Assembly: GCF_018350175.1 (NCBI RefSeq)
Contig: NC_058382.1
Coordinates: 38,378,001-38,442,000, forward strand
Source of the DNA: Felis catus
Taxonomy: Eukaryota
DNA: 64,000 nucleotides
Direction of reading: 5' to 3'
Under the pieces are notes generated by a model. It did no database searches and was not told the DNA's origin. It worked only from the letters and a program-made list of their open reading frames with translations. Below are positions 37,800 to 49,490 of this stretch, in pieces (positions within the stretch are counted from its first letter, which is position 1; every line of letters begins with the position of its first letter). Made by a program: the position numbers and the translations under genes.

Positions 37800-39280
37800 T
37801 AGGCATTAGGCATTGTTAATATCACATTAGTATCTGGATTCTCTTGCCTTCTTTCACAAATGCTGAATTTTATCTTGTTTGGCAGGTAAGTTACCTGTGG
37901 ACCAGTTTGAGACTTCCCAGGCTTGCTTCCTTTTAAACTTTACTAGTGTTGATCTATAGCAGTTCTTATCCTAGAGGTAGGTTTGCTCTACAACTAAGTC
38001 ATGACTCATCTACTACTACCAGATATTCTGGGCGTTCAGTGAACAGTCTTCAATCTAACTGGTCAGAAATAAATATATTGCCAGACTTAGGTAACCTCTC
38101 ATAATAATTTAGCTAATAGCTTTTCTGGTAGTGTACTTTTGGGTTTATGACATCGTCCACTACACATACACAATTTTGTATTCAATAACAGACCCATAGG
38201 GCTTCTTGCAGATATCTGCAGCTCTTTTTCTGCATGGCTGCATCCCATCAGTACTCTGAGTTTTGCAGCTACCTTAGACTATCTTAACTCTGATATCTGC
38301 TTCCTAATCTCAAAAATACTCCTTGCATTTGTAGGGTTCCTTCTACTTGTATGAGGTCTAGAAAGTTCCTCCAGACAATAGCTGGAGAAATTGTCAGGTT
38401 CACCTCATTTACTTCTTTTCTCTCAGGTGCCAGCCTTTGCTGCCTGCTGTATAATGTCAACTGAACTGTTGTTACTCACAGCATTTATGACACCAAATGT
38501 GTGGGCTGCTTTTTTTCTCCACACCAACCAATTCTCCAACTCTATGGATGCCAACTGAATGTCATATAATTCAGTTCAATTCTGATACTAACAGCTTGGA
38601 GTTATCACAGTCCCCACACAACTTGAGACATCATTTGTAAGTCCCAGGTTGTCACCGTACTTCTGACCAGCTAGCCACAATCCTCTCCTCAAGTCTGATC
38701 ATTTTAAAAGGTTCACAGAACTTCAGAAAGCATCTTACTTATGGGTTTATTCTAAAATATTCAACTCAGGAATAGCCAAATGGGAAGGAAAGATGCATAG
38801 GGAAAGGTATAGAGGGAGGCATGCGAGCATCCATGCTCTTTGCGGGCACACCACCCATCTGACACTTGTACTTCCATGTATTCAGCAAACCATAATCTCT
38901 CTGGACCTTGTCATTTAGGGGTTTCTGTGGAGGTTTAGTTAAGTATGTATGACTGATTAAATCAATGACCATTGGTGATTAGCTCAATATCTAGTTCTTC
39001 TTCTCTCCTTAAAGGTAAGTGGATAGGGATGAAAGCTCCAACTCTCTAATCATGCCTTGGTCTTTTGGGCAGCCAGACCCCAAGCTGAAGTGATCTAGGA
39101 CCCTGTCAAGAGCAGTCTTAGTAGAACAAAACATGTTCCTATTACTCTGGAGATTCCAAGTGTTCTGGGAGCTGCATGCCAGCAACTATGGGCAAAGACC
39201 AAAGATGCACTTATTGTACTGACAAAAGTTGTTTTATATATTTTGTATAGTTTCCTATTTAGATTGAAGACCTGAATAAG
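37800..39280 (-). mobile_element. Old L1 5' region (L1MC/L1ME-like), split by a MER21 LTR
   Basis: GGCAGGTAAGTTAC, GTCTAGAAAGTTCCTCCAG, CACCTCATTTACTTC...CTGCCTGCTGT; resumes GTTGTTTTATATATTTTGT after the LTR. Confidence 0.55.
38468..39225 (-). mobile_element. MER21-family solo LTR
   Basis: TGACACCAAATGTGTGGG, ATTCAGTTCAATTCTGATACT, TGATTAAATCAATGACCATTGGTGAT, CTCTAATCATGCCTTGGTCTTT. Confidence 0.88.
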
Positions 39281-39429
39281 TCACTCTATTATAGAAGTGG
39301 AAAATTTGAGTGTTGTTAAGTTTTAAAAGCCTTATCGGTGATACTAATGTGAAACCAGGTTTAAGAATCACTACTTTGGTTTCACAAGGAGTGATAAGAT
39401 GAAAGAATATAATGATTATCTTGATAATT

Positions 39430-40400
39430 AAGGATGCTATAAATAGCTAGTAGTCACTGAGTCTTTATTGTACTGTAACTGTTCAAAGCACTTTGAAATA
39501 TGAATTAATCAATATTAGTCTTTCAGGTCCCCTTTAATGAAACTCAATTCAATCTAGTTCAAGTAAAAGAGAAAGCTGAGCAGGGTTTAGGGGAAGAATG
39601 TATGGCTTCTTCAAGGACCAAGACTAGGGAATCAATGTGGATGCCAGGACACACATCTTCTCTCTTCTTTCCTCTTTCTTCTCTCTCTCTCTCCTCTACA
39701 TTGTTTATCTGTTAACTTGCTTTTGATTTCAAGTAAGATAAATCTTGAAACAACTCACTAAATAGTGATGACATATATTGACTAACATAGTAGGAAGTCC
39801 AGTGGTAGAAAAGTCTCCAGAATGTTTGCTTGAATACTCACCAATCTTTCCAAGAACTTGAGCTCTTTTTCACCTGTCTGCTCTGACAACTTCAATGTTT
39901 GTTTCATGTTCAGTATAGTGTGCTGGTAACTGCAGATGTTTTGTGAGATGCATGGAAGCACAACAACACACAGAGGATAAAAAAAAACAGACTGTATCTT
40001 CCTAATGAGGAAGATCTTCCGAGTAGAACATTTTTCATAATCGTTTAGTCAGAATGGGATGTACACCCACCTCATAATCAATTACTGGCTTGACTTGAGG
40101 GTGGGTAACCTCCTAGGCACTTTGGTAGACCTCATAAATCAGGGAGAATCCTCTCAAAAAAAGTTCAGATGTGTATTGGGAGCAGTCAACACCTGCAGCA
40201 GGGGGAGGGATCACTGTCAGAGAAGAGGAAGTTGAGTAGGACACCAACAACATGCTACCTATTATAAATCCCCTCGCACAAGTGATGTCTTTGAGGTTAA
40301 GTGTGTTTGACTAATCTGCTCAAATAACACAAGTAGGGGATGAAGGAGGTCCAACTGGAGACACTGACTCCAAAGTTGAAGCTTTTAGTCTATATTCAAT
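39430..40400 (-). mobile_element. Nested cluster: MIR interrupted by an MLT1 LTR, itself interrupted by an MLT1K-like LTR (about 39702-40200)
   Basis: MIR halves at about 39430-39512 and 40260-40400; MaLR motifs AAACTCAATTCAATCTAG, AGGAAGTCCAGTGGTAG, TCAGAATGGG...ATTACTGGC. Confidence 0.5.
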
Positions 40401-41114
40401 AAAATGTCTTAGAGATAAAATCTTTTGAACTTAAAATAGTATCAATGATCATTTGCCTTAACACATTTCAAATGAGTTTTTACGTTTCTCTTCCAGTCAT
40501 TTTTGCACATAGGAACCAAAAACCTGGGAAGGTATATTCTGTGCCTTCTCTCATATTTGGAAGCCCATAGGGTAACTTGAAGTCTGAGAGGGATCATTCT
40601 ATCTCCTCAAGTGATAATTTGAGGAGAAAGGCATTCTCCTCAAGGTGGAGAGAGTTGGTTTTCTCTCTGCATCTTAGAAAAAAAGTGTAGGGTGTAGAAG
40701 TCAGTGACAGCAAAAGAGAGGTCACATGTATCACATCAATGAGAAATCTTGATGGCTAAGTCAGCTCTCTACAGTTAGATTGCTCTTTGATTTTGGCAAA
40801 ACTTTCTCCCTTAGTGGGAGAGCCAGAAGGAAAAAGGCAGGCAAATAAAGGGGTAGCTTCAGTTTCCAGGGCTAAGAAGTGAACAGCACATGTATTCAAG
40901 ACCTAGTATGGGCTACTCTTCCTAGGAGCTGGAAAAGTGTTTACTATAGTGTGCCTAAGCAGCTGATTTACAGGATCCAAAATAAACTGCGAAAGAATAC
41001 AGGAAAGGAAGCTGACTTACTGAAAGATTTGTAAGCCCTCACAGAGAGCAAGTTGCAACAGAAACCTATGCAGAACTGGAGGCAGTTTCCCCGGGATTAT
41101 CCCGAGAATTGCTT

Positions 41115-41425
41115 TCTCTAGTGGATGCTCTATTGCATGACTAAGTTCTACCATTAAGGGCCAAGATACTCATTTCTCCAGCTGCTGAGAATCTGAGAAT
41201 AGACTGCTGATGGTTTAAGACTGAGTCCCTACCAGAAATTAACCATGACCATCCCCAAGTGTATGGTCCCTCTCTGGGGACAACTTGAAATCCAAAGAGT
41301 GATCTATGTAGGAGTATAGATACCCAGCCACCATGCCTCAATATGGAACAACTTTGAAGGGCCAGCCCAATTCTAGAGCTCTTTTTAGGACCAGCTGAAG
41401 CCTCCTCTGTACCTCATTGTACCTT
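41115..41425 (+). mobile_element. LTR16-family LTR, 3' truncated
   Basis: GGAACAACTTTGAAGGGCCAGCCCAATTCTAGAGCTC, homologous to 12447-12481. Confidence 0.7.
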
Positions 41426-41549
41426 AATGATACATTTGTTATTGTCTTTGGAAATTCCATGGACAGATGAGGCAAGGATTTCTTCTATATCCTACAACCA
41501 TGTGCATTGAAGTCTTTATCTTTTGATAATCTATAAAAGTATCTTTGTG

Positions 41550-42270
41550 TTATCTTTTATCTGCTTCTGATGGTAAGTCTCCCTGTCCTATTCCACTATA
41601 AATACAGCTGAGAGAGTAATCTTTCTGATGTGAAACTATAATCAGATGACAGACAGCCCCTAGCTATGTAAGAATCTTGCTATGTTTCTTCAGTTCTTCC
41701 ACTTTGTCCTCTAAGTTGCTTTTAGTGAGATCTTTCTAAAGTGGAATCATGATCAGGCCCCTCTGCTGCTAATTTTGTGCAATAGTCCCACTTGACCTTT
41801 ACTGTAAAGTCTAAACTCTGCCCTAGAAGTTCATTTAGGAAATGGCCTCTTAGCTCTGAGGCTAATGTGTTTTGTTCTCAGTGATACATAACTATCAAGT
41901 TATAGTGCTAGTGATAGGCTTTCCCTCTCCTGATCAGAGGTTTTCACACATTTTCTGTTAGAAAAACCCTTTTTTCTCTTCTCTGCCTGTACAGCTTTTC
42001 CCACTCTGTTTAGTTGTGATTTCTACTGAGAAGCCTTACATGATGCTAAGGACCATCTTGGTTTGGTTTAGATGTCCCTTCTCATGTCCTCATTGACTTC
42101 TACCTATACCCTCATAGTTATGTGTCCATTCCTCCCATATTCTGTATGCACCTTTTGCTTCTATACCAAAGGCAGGAAGGTCCATTCACAATGAGAATCT
42201 GATCATATCACACTTCTTGCTTCCGATTCACAAAACTGCATTACAAAAAACAATAGTTGCCTCTTTGATC
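41550..42270 (+). mobile_element. L2 fragments
   Basis: CAGCTGAGAGAGTAATCTTTCT, GTGAGATCTTTCTAAA, TAAAGTCTAAACTC, CTGAGAAGCCTT. Confidence 0.6.
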
Positions 42271-42283
42271 TTATAATAAAGAT

Positions 42284-42730
42284 TGTCATATTTTCACCCA
42301 AAAAGAGTCTGAGATGGAGATCTGCATGTAAGAAATTTATTGGGGAATATGCTTTAGATTAAAACTTATGGGTGAGTGAAAAAAGTAAGCCTGAACAGCA
42401 AGAGACATTGACCTATGCATGTAGTCACTACAATCTAAGGGTGTCACTGGAGATGGGACAGGTCTTTATAACTGTTCTATTTTGAGACATTTACACCTCT
42501 TTCTTGACCATCTACTATATGTGGCATATCCCAGGGAAAGGTAATGTGTTTGTGTAATGCAGCTCTCTTCTTTTGAGGGAATTCCTGGACAATGATTCAC
42601 CTGAGAACCTTCAGACACCAACAATTCCAGCAGCTTCAAGGATGTATGACTCAGCTCTGAAAAGTGGGAATTAGAGACTGGAGGGATGGTGACACACCTG
42701 AGTGGCACATCTTACACCAGTAAATCTACT
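42284..42730 (-). mobile_element. LTR16A-like LTR (3' LTR of the adjacent ERVL relic)
   Basis: GAGTCTGAGATGGAGATCTGCATGTAAGAAATTTATTGGGGA is the antisense LTR16 R/U5. Confidence 0.8.
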
Positions 42731-44832
42731 TTTGTCATATGATGTGCTCTGGAAGCACCTCCTCCGGGATTCTGGTTGCTCTATCTTCCTGGGGAAATTT
42801 ACAACAACAATGCTAGTGGATGCACTATGGCCTCACTACCGTGGCTGATCTTGAATCCGCAACTGATGCTCACCATCTCCTTCCTTTACTACCCATTTTA
42901 GATTCTGCTTAGCCTTGGCTAGCATCTGTGCTTGTCTTAGGTAGTTTACCTAGTCAAGTAACCCAGACTGTTATTCTGAGGGAGTCTTACCCTATAGCCA
43001 CCATGCCCTTCTCAGGCCACAGGTGCTTTGCTTGTCAATTTCCTATTAAATTTGGGCCAGGGGATACTGAGAGATGTGGCCGTGGATCTCTTGAATGCCA
43101 AATATATTCTCTGCTACCTTGTGGACTGAAAGTACCGTCTTCTCCTGATAATCAGAGTCAATAACCATAGCAAGGTTGGTAATTCCTTTCTGTAATTATT
43201 CATTTATTGGCATATATATCCTGAAATAACCAGATGTCAGCTATAACTAAACAATTAATGAGATTATGTCTGTGTTCTCTGGCAAAGATCAGGACTTCCA
43301 GACCTATCGAGTCCAGAGATGTGGTATGGGAAACACAAACTCCCCAAGGGGATCACTGGGAGTGATACATGTGGCCACTCCTACTTGCAACCAATATTTC
43401 TCAAGCCCACATATTATACCTACCAAGTACAGTGGAAAAGACAATGGTCATTGATTTGGGGTGTATATGGTATACTGATGGATGTTATCCTATATACTCA
43501 GGATCATCTCCAAGCTGTATTTCAATTACTGTTCTCATTGCTGTGTCAGTCTGACAGTTTGTATGCTGCATATGTAACATAAACAGTGGATTCCAAGGTA
43601 TTTGCCTTCTGCCATAACTTTTGCTCTTAAAAGGGTTCCTTGATGGGATGCAATGTTATGCAAATCCCATGTCAATGGTTCAGATCCTCTGTAAATTCTA
43701 GACAATGGGGCTGGTTGGGGCTCTGCAGGCATGAAAGGGAAACCCATACCAAGAGTATTTGCCAACTTCAGGAAAGATGAACCTCTTCTGTGTTAGGAAC
43801 ACTTCTGTGTTATAAACACTTGTGACTAAGTGGCTGGTTGGTGTTCTGAGTGATGAATGCCACACAAAGGGCTTAGCACTGGTCTTAGTTAATGGCAATA
43901 AAGATATTTGGTGGTGATAATTAGGTCAGCTTTGGTGTGTGGGCATCAATGAGCCCATGTGTTACTTCTATCTCTGCCAATATGTCTAAATTCATAAGAC
44001 CATTATTCTAGTACTTTTGATAGAAACATGCCAAGTTCAGCTAGGTGAGTAATGCTGTCTACTTTGTTGTTTAGTCCCTCTTCCCTGGTTGTATCAGTTT
44101 CCTACTGCTACTACAACAAATTGCCACAAACTTATGTCTTAAAATAATACAAATTTAGTAAATTATAGTTTTAGAAGTCAAAAGTCTGAAATGTGTATTG
44201 TGGGGTTAAAATCAAGGTGTCAGCAAGGTTTCCTTTGGAAGATTTAGGAATCTACTTCTTAGCCTTTTTCAGTTTCTACAAGATACCAGAATTTTTTGAC
44301 TCAATATCACCTGGCACCAACCATATTACTCCCAATTTCTGTTTCATTCATTCGGGTCCTCTGATGGTGACTTTCCTGCCTTACTCTTTCAATTGTAAGG
44401 AGACTTGTGATTACATTGGGTCAACCGAGATAAACAAAGATAATCTCCCCGTCTCAAGATCCTTAACTTAATGGCATGCGCAAAGTCCCTCTTGACATAC
44501 AAGATAATGTATTCACACATTCTAGGGGTTAGGAGGCAGACATCTTGGAGTAGGGGGCACTATCCTGCCTACCACAAAAGTGGACGTGTTCTATTGGGCA
44601 TTAACATGTGATATAAAGATATTCTCATTTGTGCTCTCCATAAATCCATCTACATATGTATATCTTGGATTTCTCTGATATTCCCATCATTTTTTTCTCA
44701 GTTGCCCAAATATTGCTCTATATGAAGATTAATCCATTGGCCTGCTAAATTTTGACTGCTCTTTCCATATGTCCATTGGTAGTTAGTGCCCCCCCCACAC
44801 ACATTGAACCAAGTCATCTGTGACTCAGCCCT
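42731..44832 (-). mobile_element. ERV-L internal relic (pol RNase H-integrase; ERV3-16A3_I-like), frameshifted
   Basis: Minus-strand peptides RFIFPEVGKYSWYGFPFHACRA and HNIASHQGTLLRAK...GIH match ERVL integrase RFVLTGIDTYSGYGFA.PAR.A and HSIASDQGTHFTAK...GIHW; FISHVNAQ-like RNase H motif near 44595-44620. Confidence 0.85.
44090..44576 (-). mobile_element. MLT1C/D MaLR solo LTR inserted in ERVL pol
   Basis: TGTATCAGTTTCCTACTGCT ... GTGATTACATTGGG...GATAATCTCCCCGTCTCAAGATCCTTAA ... CTGCCTACCACA. Confidence 0.92.
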
Positions 44833-44944
44833 GATTAATGGATGGTGAAAGGTGGGAAGTAGGTGAGGGTTCTTAAGGATATGCCTCTGCTTGTGAGGCA
44901 AGTCTTTTGAGTCATCTTTAAGTAAAGAGAAATAAAAACTGGCC

Positions 44945-45170
44945 TTTTTTAAATTAAAAAAATGTTTTAATGTTTATTTATTTTCAAGATAAAGAGTGAG
45001 CAAGCATGAGTGGGTGTGGGGCAAAGAGAGAGGGAGACACAGAATCCGAAGCAGGATCCAGGTTCCATGCTGTCAGCACAGAGCTGGATGCAGGGCTTGA
45101 ACTCACAAACTGTGAGATCATGACCTGAGCTGAAGTTCGATGCTTAACCGAATGAGCCACTCAGGCACCC
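44945..45170 (-). mobile_element. Can-SINE (inserted in tail of the next copy)
   Basis: Antisense head ...GAGCCACTCAGGCACCC. Confidence 0.95.
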
Positions 45171-45382
45171 TTTAAATATATATTTCTTAATGTTTATGTT
45201 ATTTCTGAGAGAGAAAGACAGAATATGAGCAGGGGAGGGGCAGAGAGAGAGAGGGAGACACAGAATCTGAAGCAGGCTCCAGGCTCCAAGCTATCAGTAC
45301 AGAGGGCTTGAACCCACGAATCATGAGATGATGACCTGAGCCAAAGTCAGATGCTTAACCAACTGAGCCACCCAGGTGCCCC
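45171..45382 (-). mobile_element. Can-SINE
   Basis: Antisense head ...GAGCCACCCAGGTGCCCC. Confidence 0.95.
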
Positions 45383-45896
45383 AGAAGCACCAGCCTTTAA
45401 AAAAAGTGGGTCACTTCTCTAGTTCCAGGGATACTAAAAGGATCTGGAATTCAAGATTTGTATATGAATGACTCAGAAGTTTACATGTCATCTTTTGGTT
45501 TTATTCCTTCTCAATTAGGGCCAGACATTAGTATAGCTGCAATGGAGAATTCAACTTCCTATGGAATTGAGATAGTCTTATAAATAAGATTTGGGCCTGA
45601 ACTTCAAAATTTTATGCCTGCAGAATTTAGGACTTGAAAGTCTCTTTACATGCGGCCATGGAAGTTCATTGACTGTGCGATAATAGAAAAAAAATCTGTA
45701 TCTATATCTACATATCTGTAGACTTTCTCCCAAGTTCCTGGCACAGAGGTCCTAAAATCACTGTAAATTCTTATGTGATAAGAGCACTAGGAGCATCTTT
45801 TGTTCTAATGAAGTCACTCTGGAGGGCTTCTGGATAACTCCTGGATAGGGGTTCGTCTCCAAAAATATCAAACTATGATTAGAAGCTTAGAATCTT

Positions 45897-46057
45897 GGGG
45901 CACATTCATGGCTCAGGTTAAGCATCCAACTTTGGCTTAGATCATGATCTTACAGTTTGTGAGTTCAGGCCTTGCATCTGACTCTCCACTGATGGTGTAG
46001 AGCCTGCTTGGGATTCTCTCTCTTCCCATATTCTCTGCCTGCCCCGCCTCCCCATTG
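45897..46057 (+). mobile_element. Can-SINE (tail lost in gap)
   Basis: GGGGCACATTCATGGCTCAGGTTAAGCATCC...GAGCCTGCTTGGGATTCTC. Confidence 0.9.
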
Positions 46058-46222
46058 NNNNNNNNNNNNNNNNNNNNNNNNNNNNNNNNNNNNNNNNNNN
46101 NNNNNNNNNNNNNNNNNNNNNNNNNNNNNNNNNNNNNNNNNNNNNNNNNNNNNNNNNNNNNNNNNNNNNNNNNNNNNNNNNNNNNNNNNNNNNNNNNNNN
46201 NNNNNNNNNNNNNNNNNNNNNN
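46058..46222. other. Assembly gap (165 N)
   Basis: N run. Confidence 0.99.
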
Positions 46223-46988
46223 TTACCTGCCATTTTCTAGAAGAGGGAGAGGGGCTATAAATGGAGTTAATAAGTGGTAACATTTAGGTGATGAAGCCTC
46301 TATAAAATCCCAGTAGTCTGAGATTTGGAGAGCTTCCAGGTTAGTGAATCTATCCACTTATGAACAAGTGACATATCCAAACTCCACAGAGAAAGAAGCT
46401 CCTGTGTGCAGGTCCCTCCTAGAACTCACCCGATATATCTTTTCATTTAGCTGTTCTTCAGTATCCTTTGTCATATCCTTTAATAATAAACTAGTAAATA
46501 TAAATAAGTGTTTCCCTGAGTTCTGTGACCTGTTCTAGGAAATAATTGAATCGAAGGGGTAGAAGGCCATGGGAACCTCCTATTAATAGCCAAATCAGAC
46601 AGAAATTGTGGGCAACTTGGGGACTCATTACTTGCTACTGAATCTGAAATGGGGGCAGTCTTATGGGACTGAGGCCTTAATCTATGGTATCTGGTGATAT
46701 CTCCAGGTAGATAGCATTAGAACAGGGTGAAATTGTAGAATACCCAACTGGTGTTGCAGAGAATTGCTTTGTGTGTGTGTGTGTGTGTGGGGGGGGACCT
46801 ACAACAACACACATCTGGTATCAGTGTTCTAAGTGTGATAGTAACAGGAGAGTAAAGGAGAAACACAGTAAGGAAGGCTGTTTTTGTTTTGTTTTGTTTG
46901 TACCAATTCATTGGCTTTCACACTTAGCCTTTAATTGTTGATTACCCATCCTCAACCTATTGTTACCTTATTCAATGTATCATTTTTT

Positions 46989-47259
46989 TTAATGTTTATT
47001 TATTTATTTATTTATTTTCCTTTTTTTTTTAAACTTTTTAAAAAAAAATTTTTTTTAACGTTTATTTATTTTTGAGACAGAGAGAGACAGAGCATGAACG
47101 GGGAAGGGTCAGAGAGAGAGGGAGACACAGAATCTGAAACAGGCTCCAGGTTCTGAGTTGTCAGCACAGAGCCCGACGCGGGGCTCGAACTCACAGACTG
47201 TGAGATCATGACCCGAGCTGAAGTTGGACGCTCAACCAACTGAGCCACCCAGGGGCCCC
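46989..47259 (-). mobile_element. Can-SINE with compound tail
   Basis: TSD core TGTATCATTTTTT at 46976-46988 and 47264-47276. Confidence 0.95.
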
Positions 47260-49014
47260 AGACTGTATCATTTTTTATAAAAATGGCCATTCATTCCTAT
47301 AGTCCTTATCTTTACTACTTTACTCCAACGTCTCCAACTGTCTGGGTAATTGTTCTTGTTAGTGCCTCCCACCTGCTGGTATCACATCTCAGTTCATCAC
47401 AGGTGAAGTTTGAACAATGACTCCTCAACAGCAGGCTGGTGGCTGGGTTCCAAGCCATGAGATATGAATACAACTGATTTATAACACTTCTAGAAGGAGG
47501 TCTTAATCAACCTTTGCACAAGTGTCTGTTCTTTCTCTTCCCCTGCCACAATTACTAGTGTCACAGATGGTGAGCCTATAACATGGTATATCTCTGAAAT
47601 ATATTTTACAGTGTTGTGCAAACAAGATTTGGAGTTAGGACCTTAATCCACACCATATAGTTTATTACAGGGAGTTTTATAAACAGGGTAAGAGTCAACA
47701 TGAACAAGAAGCCTTCACATGTGGAAAATAATTGAAAAGTAATATTTTGGTAAGACCAATTTAGTTAGGAGCAGTCTTTCTGAAATTGAGAGCAAGTGCC
47801 AATTAGCTGAAAATGAGTGATGAGTGATGTAAGAGGGAATTTTACAGGAAAAAAAAGGGCTGGTAACTAAAATCATTATCCAGTTTAAAAATTGTATCTA
47901 TCTACTCTACCTGTCATCTATCATCTCTTGAATCCAGATGATACTGCCAATGGTGCACCTGTGCCTAATTTGTGCTCACCATTTCCCTGTAGAATTCTCT
48001 GCAGCTGCTTCTAACAAGAGTTTTAATGTGCTCTTACAAAATTTCATGGCTGCAGAAGGCAAAATCCAACCCAAGAATACAAGCAAGTCAGGACTGTCAG
48101 GGCTTCAAGAGAATCGTCTTACACAAATCACTTCACAGTCATTCCCGTATGAGTAATACCTTTCCAAAACAAGAAATAAATGCAGTTTGTACTAGGGAGT
48201 GAAACTGAGTAGTATCACAAGGATTACCCAACCCGGTTACCATTATTGATGTTGCAGAATTGAAGTCATCAAGCTATAGCCACATTTTTCAAGGACTTAT
48301 AAAAACCTTTTAACTCCTGTCATGGTTCAAGTAGTTGGCAGAGCTCGAACTTGACTTTGAGCTTCAGATTTGGAAAATCAAGGAATTCAAAGTAAATCTC
48401 AGCCAGCATCCCTTAGCCTCCTGTGGCTTTCCCCTCAGACTATAAATGGATCCTGTTTTTGAAAGCAAGCCCAGATTTCCTTAAAACATGTTCCAGTCTC
48501 TTGAAATTCACTAAGAGTATATTTCAAATGAGGGCTGTGCTTTTCTCTGCACCCTCTTTTTGGAGCATCCTCTTTGCAAGCATTCCAGTGCCCTTGTATG
48601 GTTCATGCCACTCTTGCTGAGTACATGTCATGCCCATCATTACACATTTCAACCAGACTCCCCAGATGAATTACAGCCTGACTTTCCATTGGCCATATGT
48701 CAAAAGCGAGCTATTCAGGGTCAGTTTCCTTGAAAAGATCTGCCAACTGGTCTACTGGCCTCCTTAACAGCAGTGGAATTAGAGGAATCAAAAGAGAGGA
48801 TGAAGGTCAATATCATGGGCTCCATTTCCTTTCAGGACACTGCTTTTCACATCTTTCAGAGAATCTTTCATACTTTCCATTCTAAATGGACACTAACTAG
48901 AGATAGATTTATAGCATTAATATACTAACCACTTCATTCATTAGTTTCAAAGACGCAATCATTCAAACAATCAATACGTGCCAGCCACGTTCTGTCATTA
49001 CCATAAGTTTCTTT

Positions 49015-49490
49015 GGCTTTAGTGAAGTGAGATAATTACTTCCTTATAATGGACACCTACCTCTATGAATGCTACTAAAATGCCATTGCATCTGCCTTTT
49101 TGGGCAAATATATCGCATTCTTACCTCATATAAGTGTGCATTCACCCAAAAATGCCCTTTGATATTTTAGATGAATGGCTGTACACCCACATCTGTCTCA
49201 TCTCAATAGATACATTTTTTTTTCCTGAATGTGAGTTGAGGACTATACATTTATCTGTGTTAAATTTAATCACTCCAGCCTGTCAAGATATGATTTTTGT
49301 CACTTGGTATATTAACTATCCATTCCAACTTTGATAATGTAAAAAATCTGATCTGTGTTAGCAATCAAATCTTTCATCAAAATGTAGAATGAGAAAGATC
49401 TGAGAACAGAGTCCTAGTCTATCACTGGGAATGAGCTAACAAAGTCACTGGTGGACTAATAAGCATCCCTTCGATGTTTGGATACACACC
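49015..49490 (-). mobile_element. L3/CR1 LINE reverse-transcriptase relic
   Basis: GGACTATACATTTATCTGTGTTAAATTT, CTCCAGCCTGTCAAGAT, TATTAACTATCCATTCCAACTTTG, AGAACAGAGTCC match antisense L3. Confidence 0.7.

Larger units (their letters stand above)
45674..46905 (+). mobile_element. MER21-family solo LTR interrupted by a SINE and gap
   Basis: GTTCCTGGCACAGAGGTCCTAAAA, GAGAGCTTCCAGGTT, AAGTGTTTCCCTGAGTTCTGTGA, CACACATCTGGTATCAG. Confidence 0.9.

Noticed and set aside
38468-46905. Two MER21 LTRs bracketing retroviral pol sequence, resembling a provirus
   Set aside because: The LTRs are in opposite orientations and diverged; the pol relic is attached to an LTR16-type LTR
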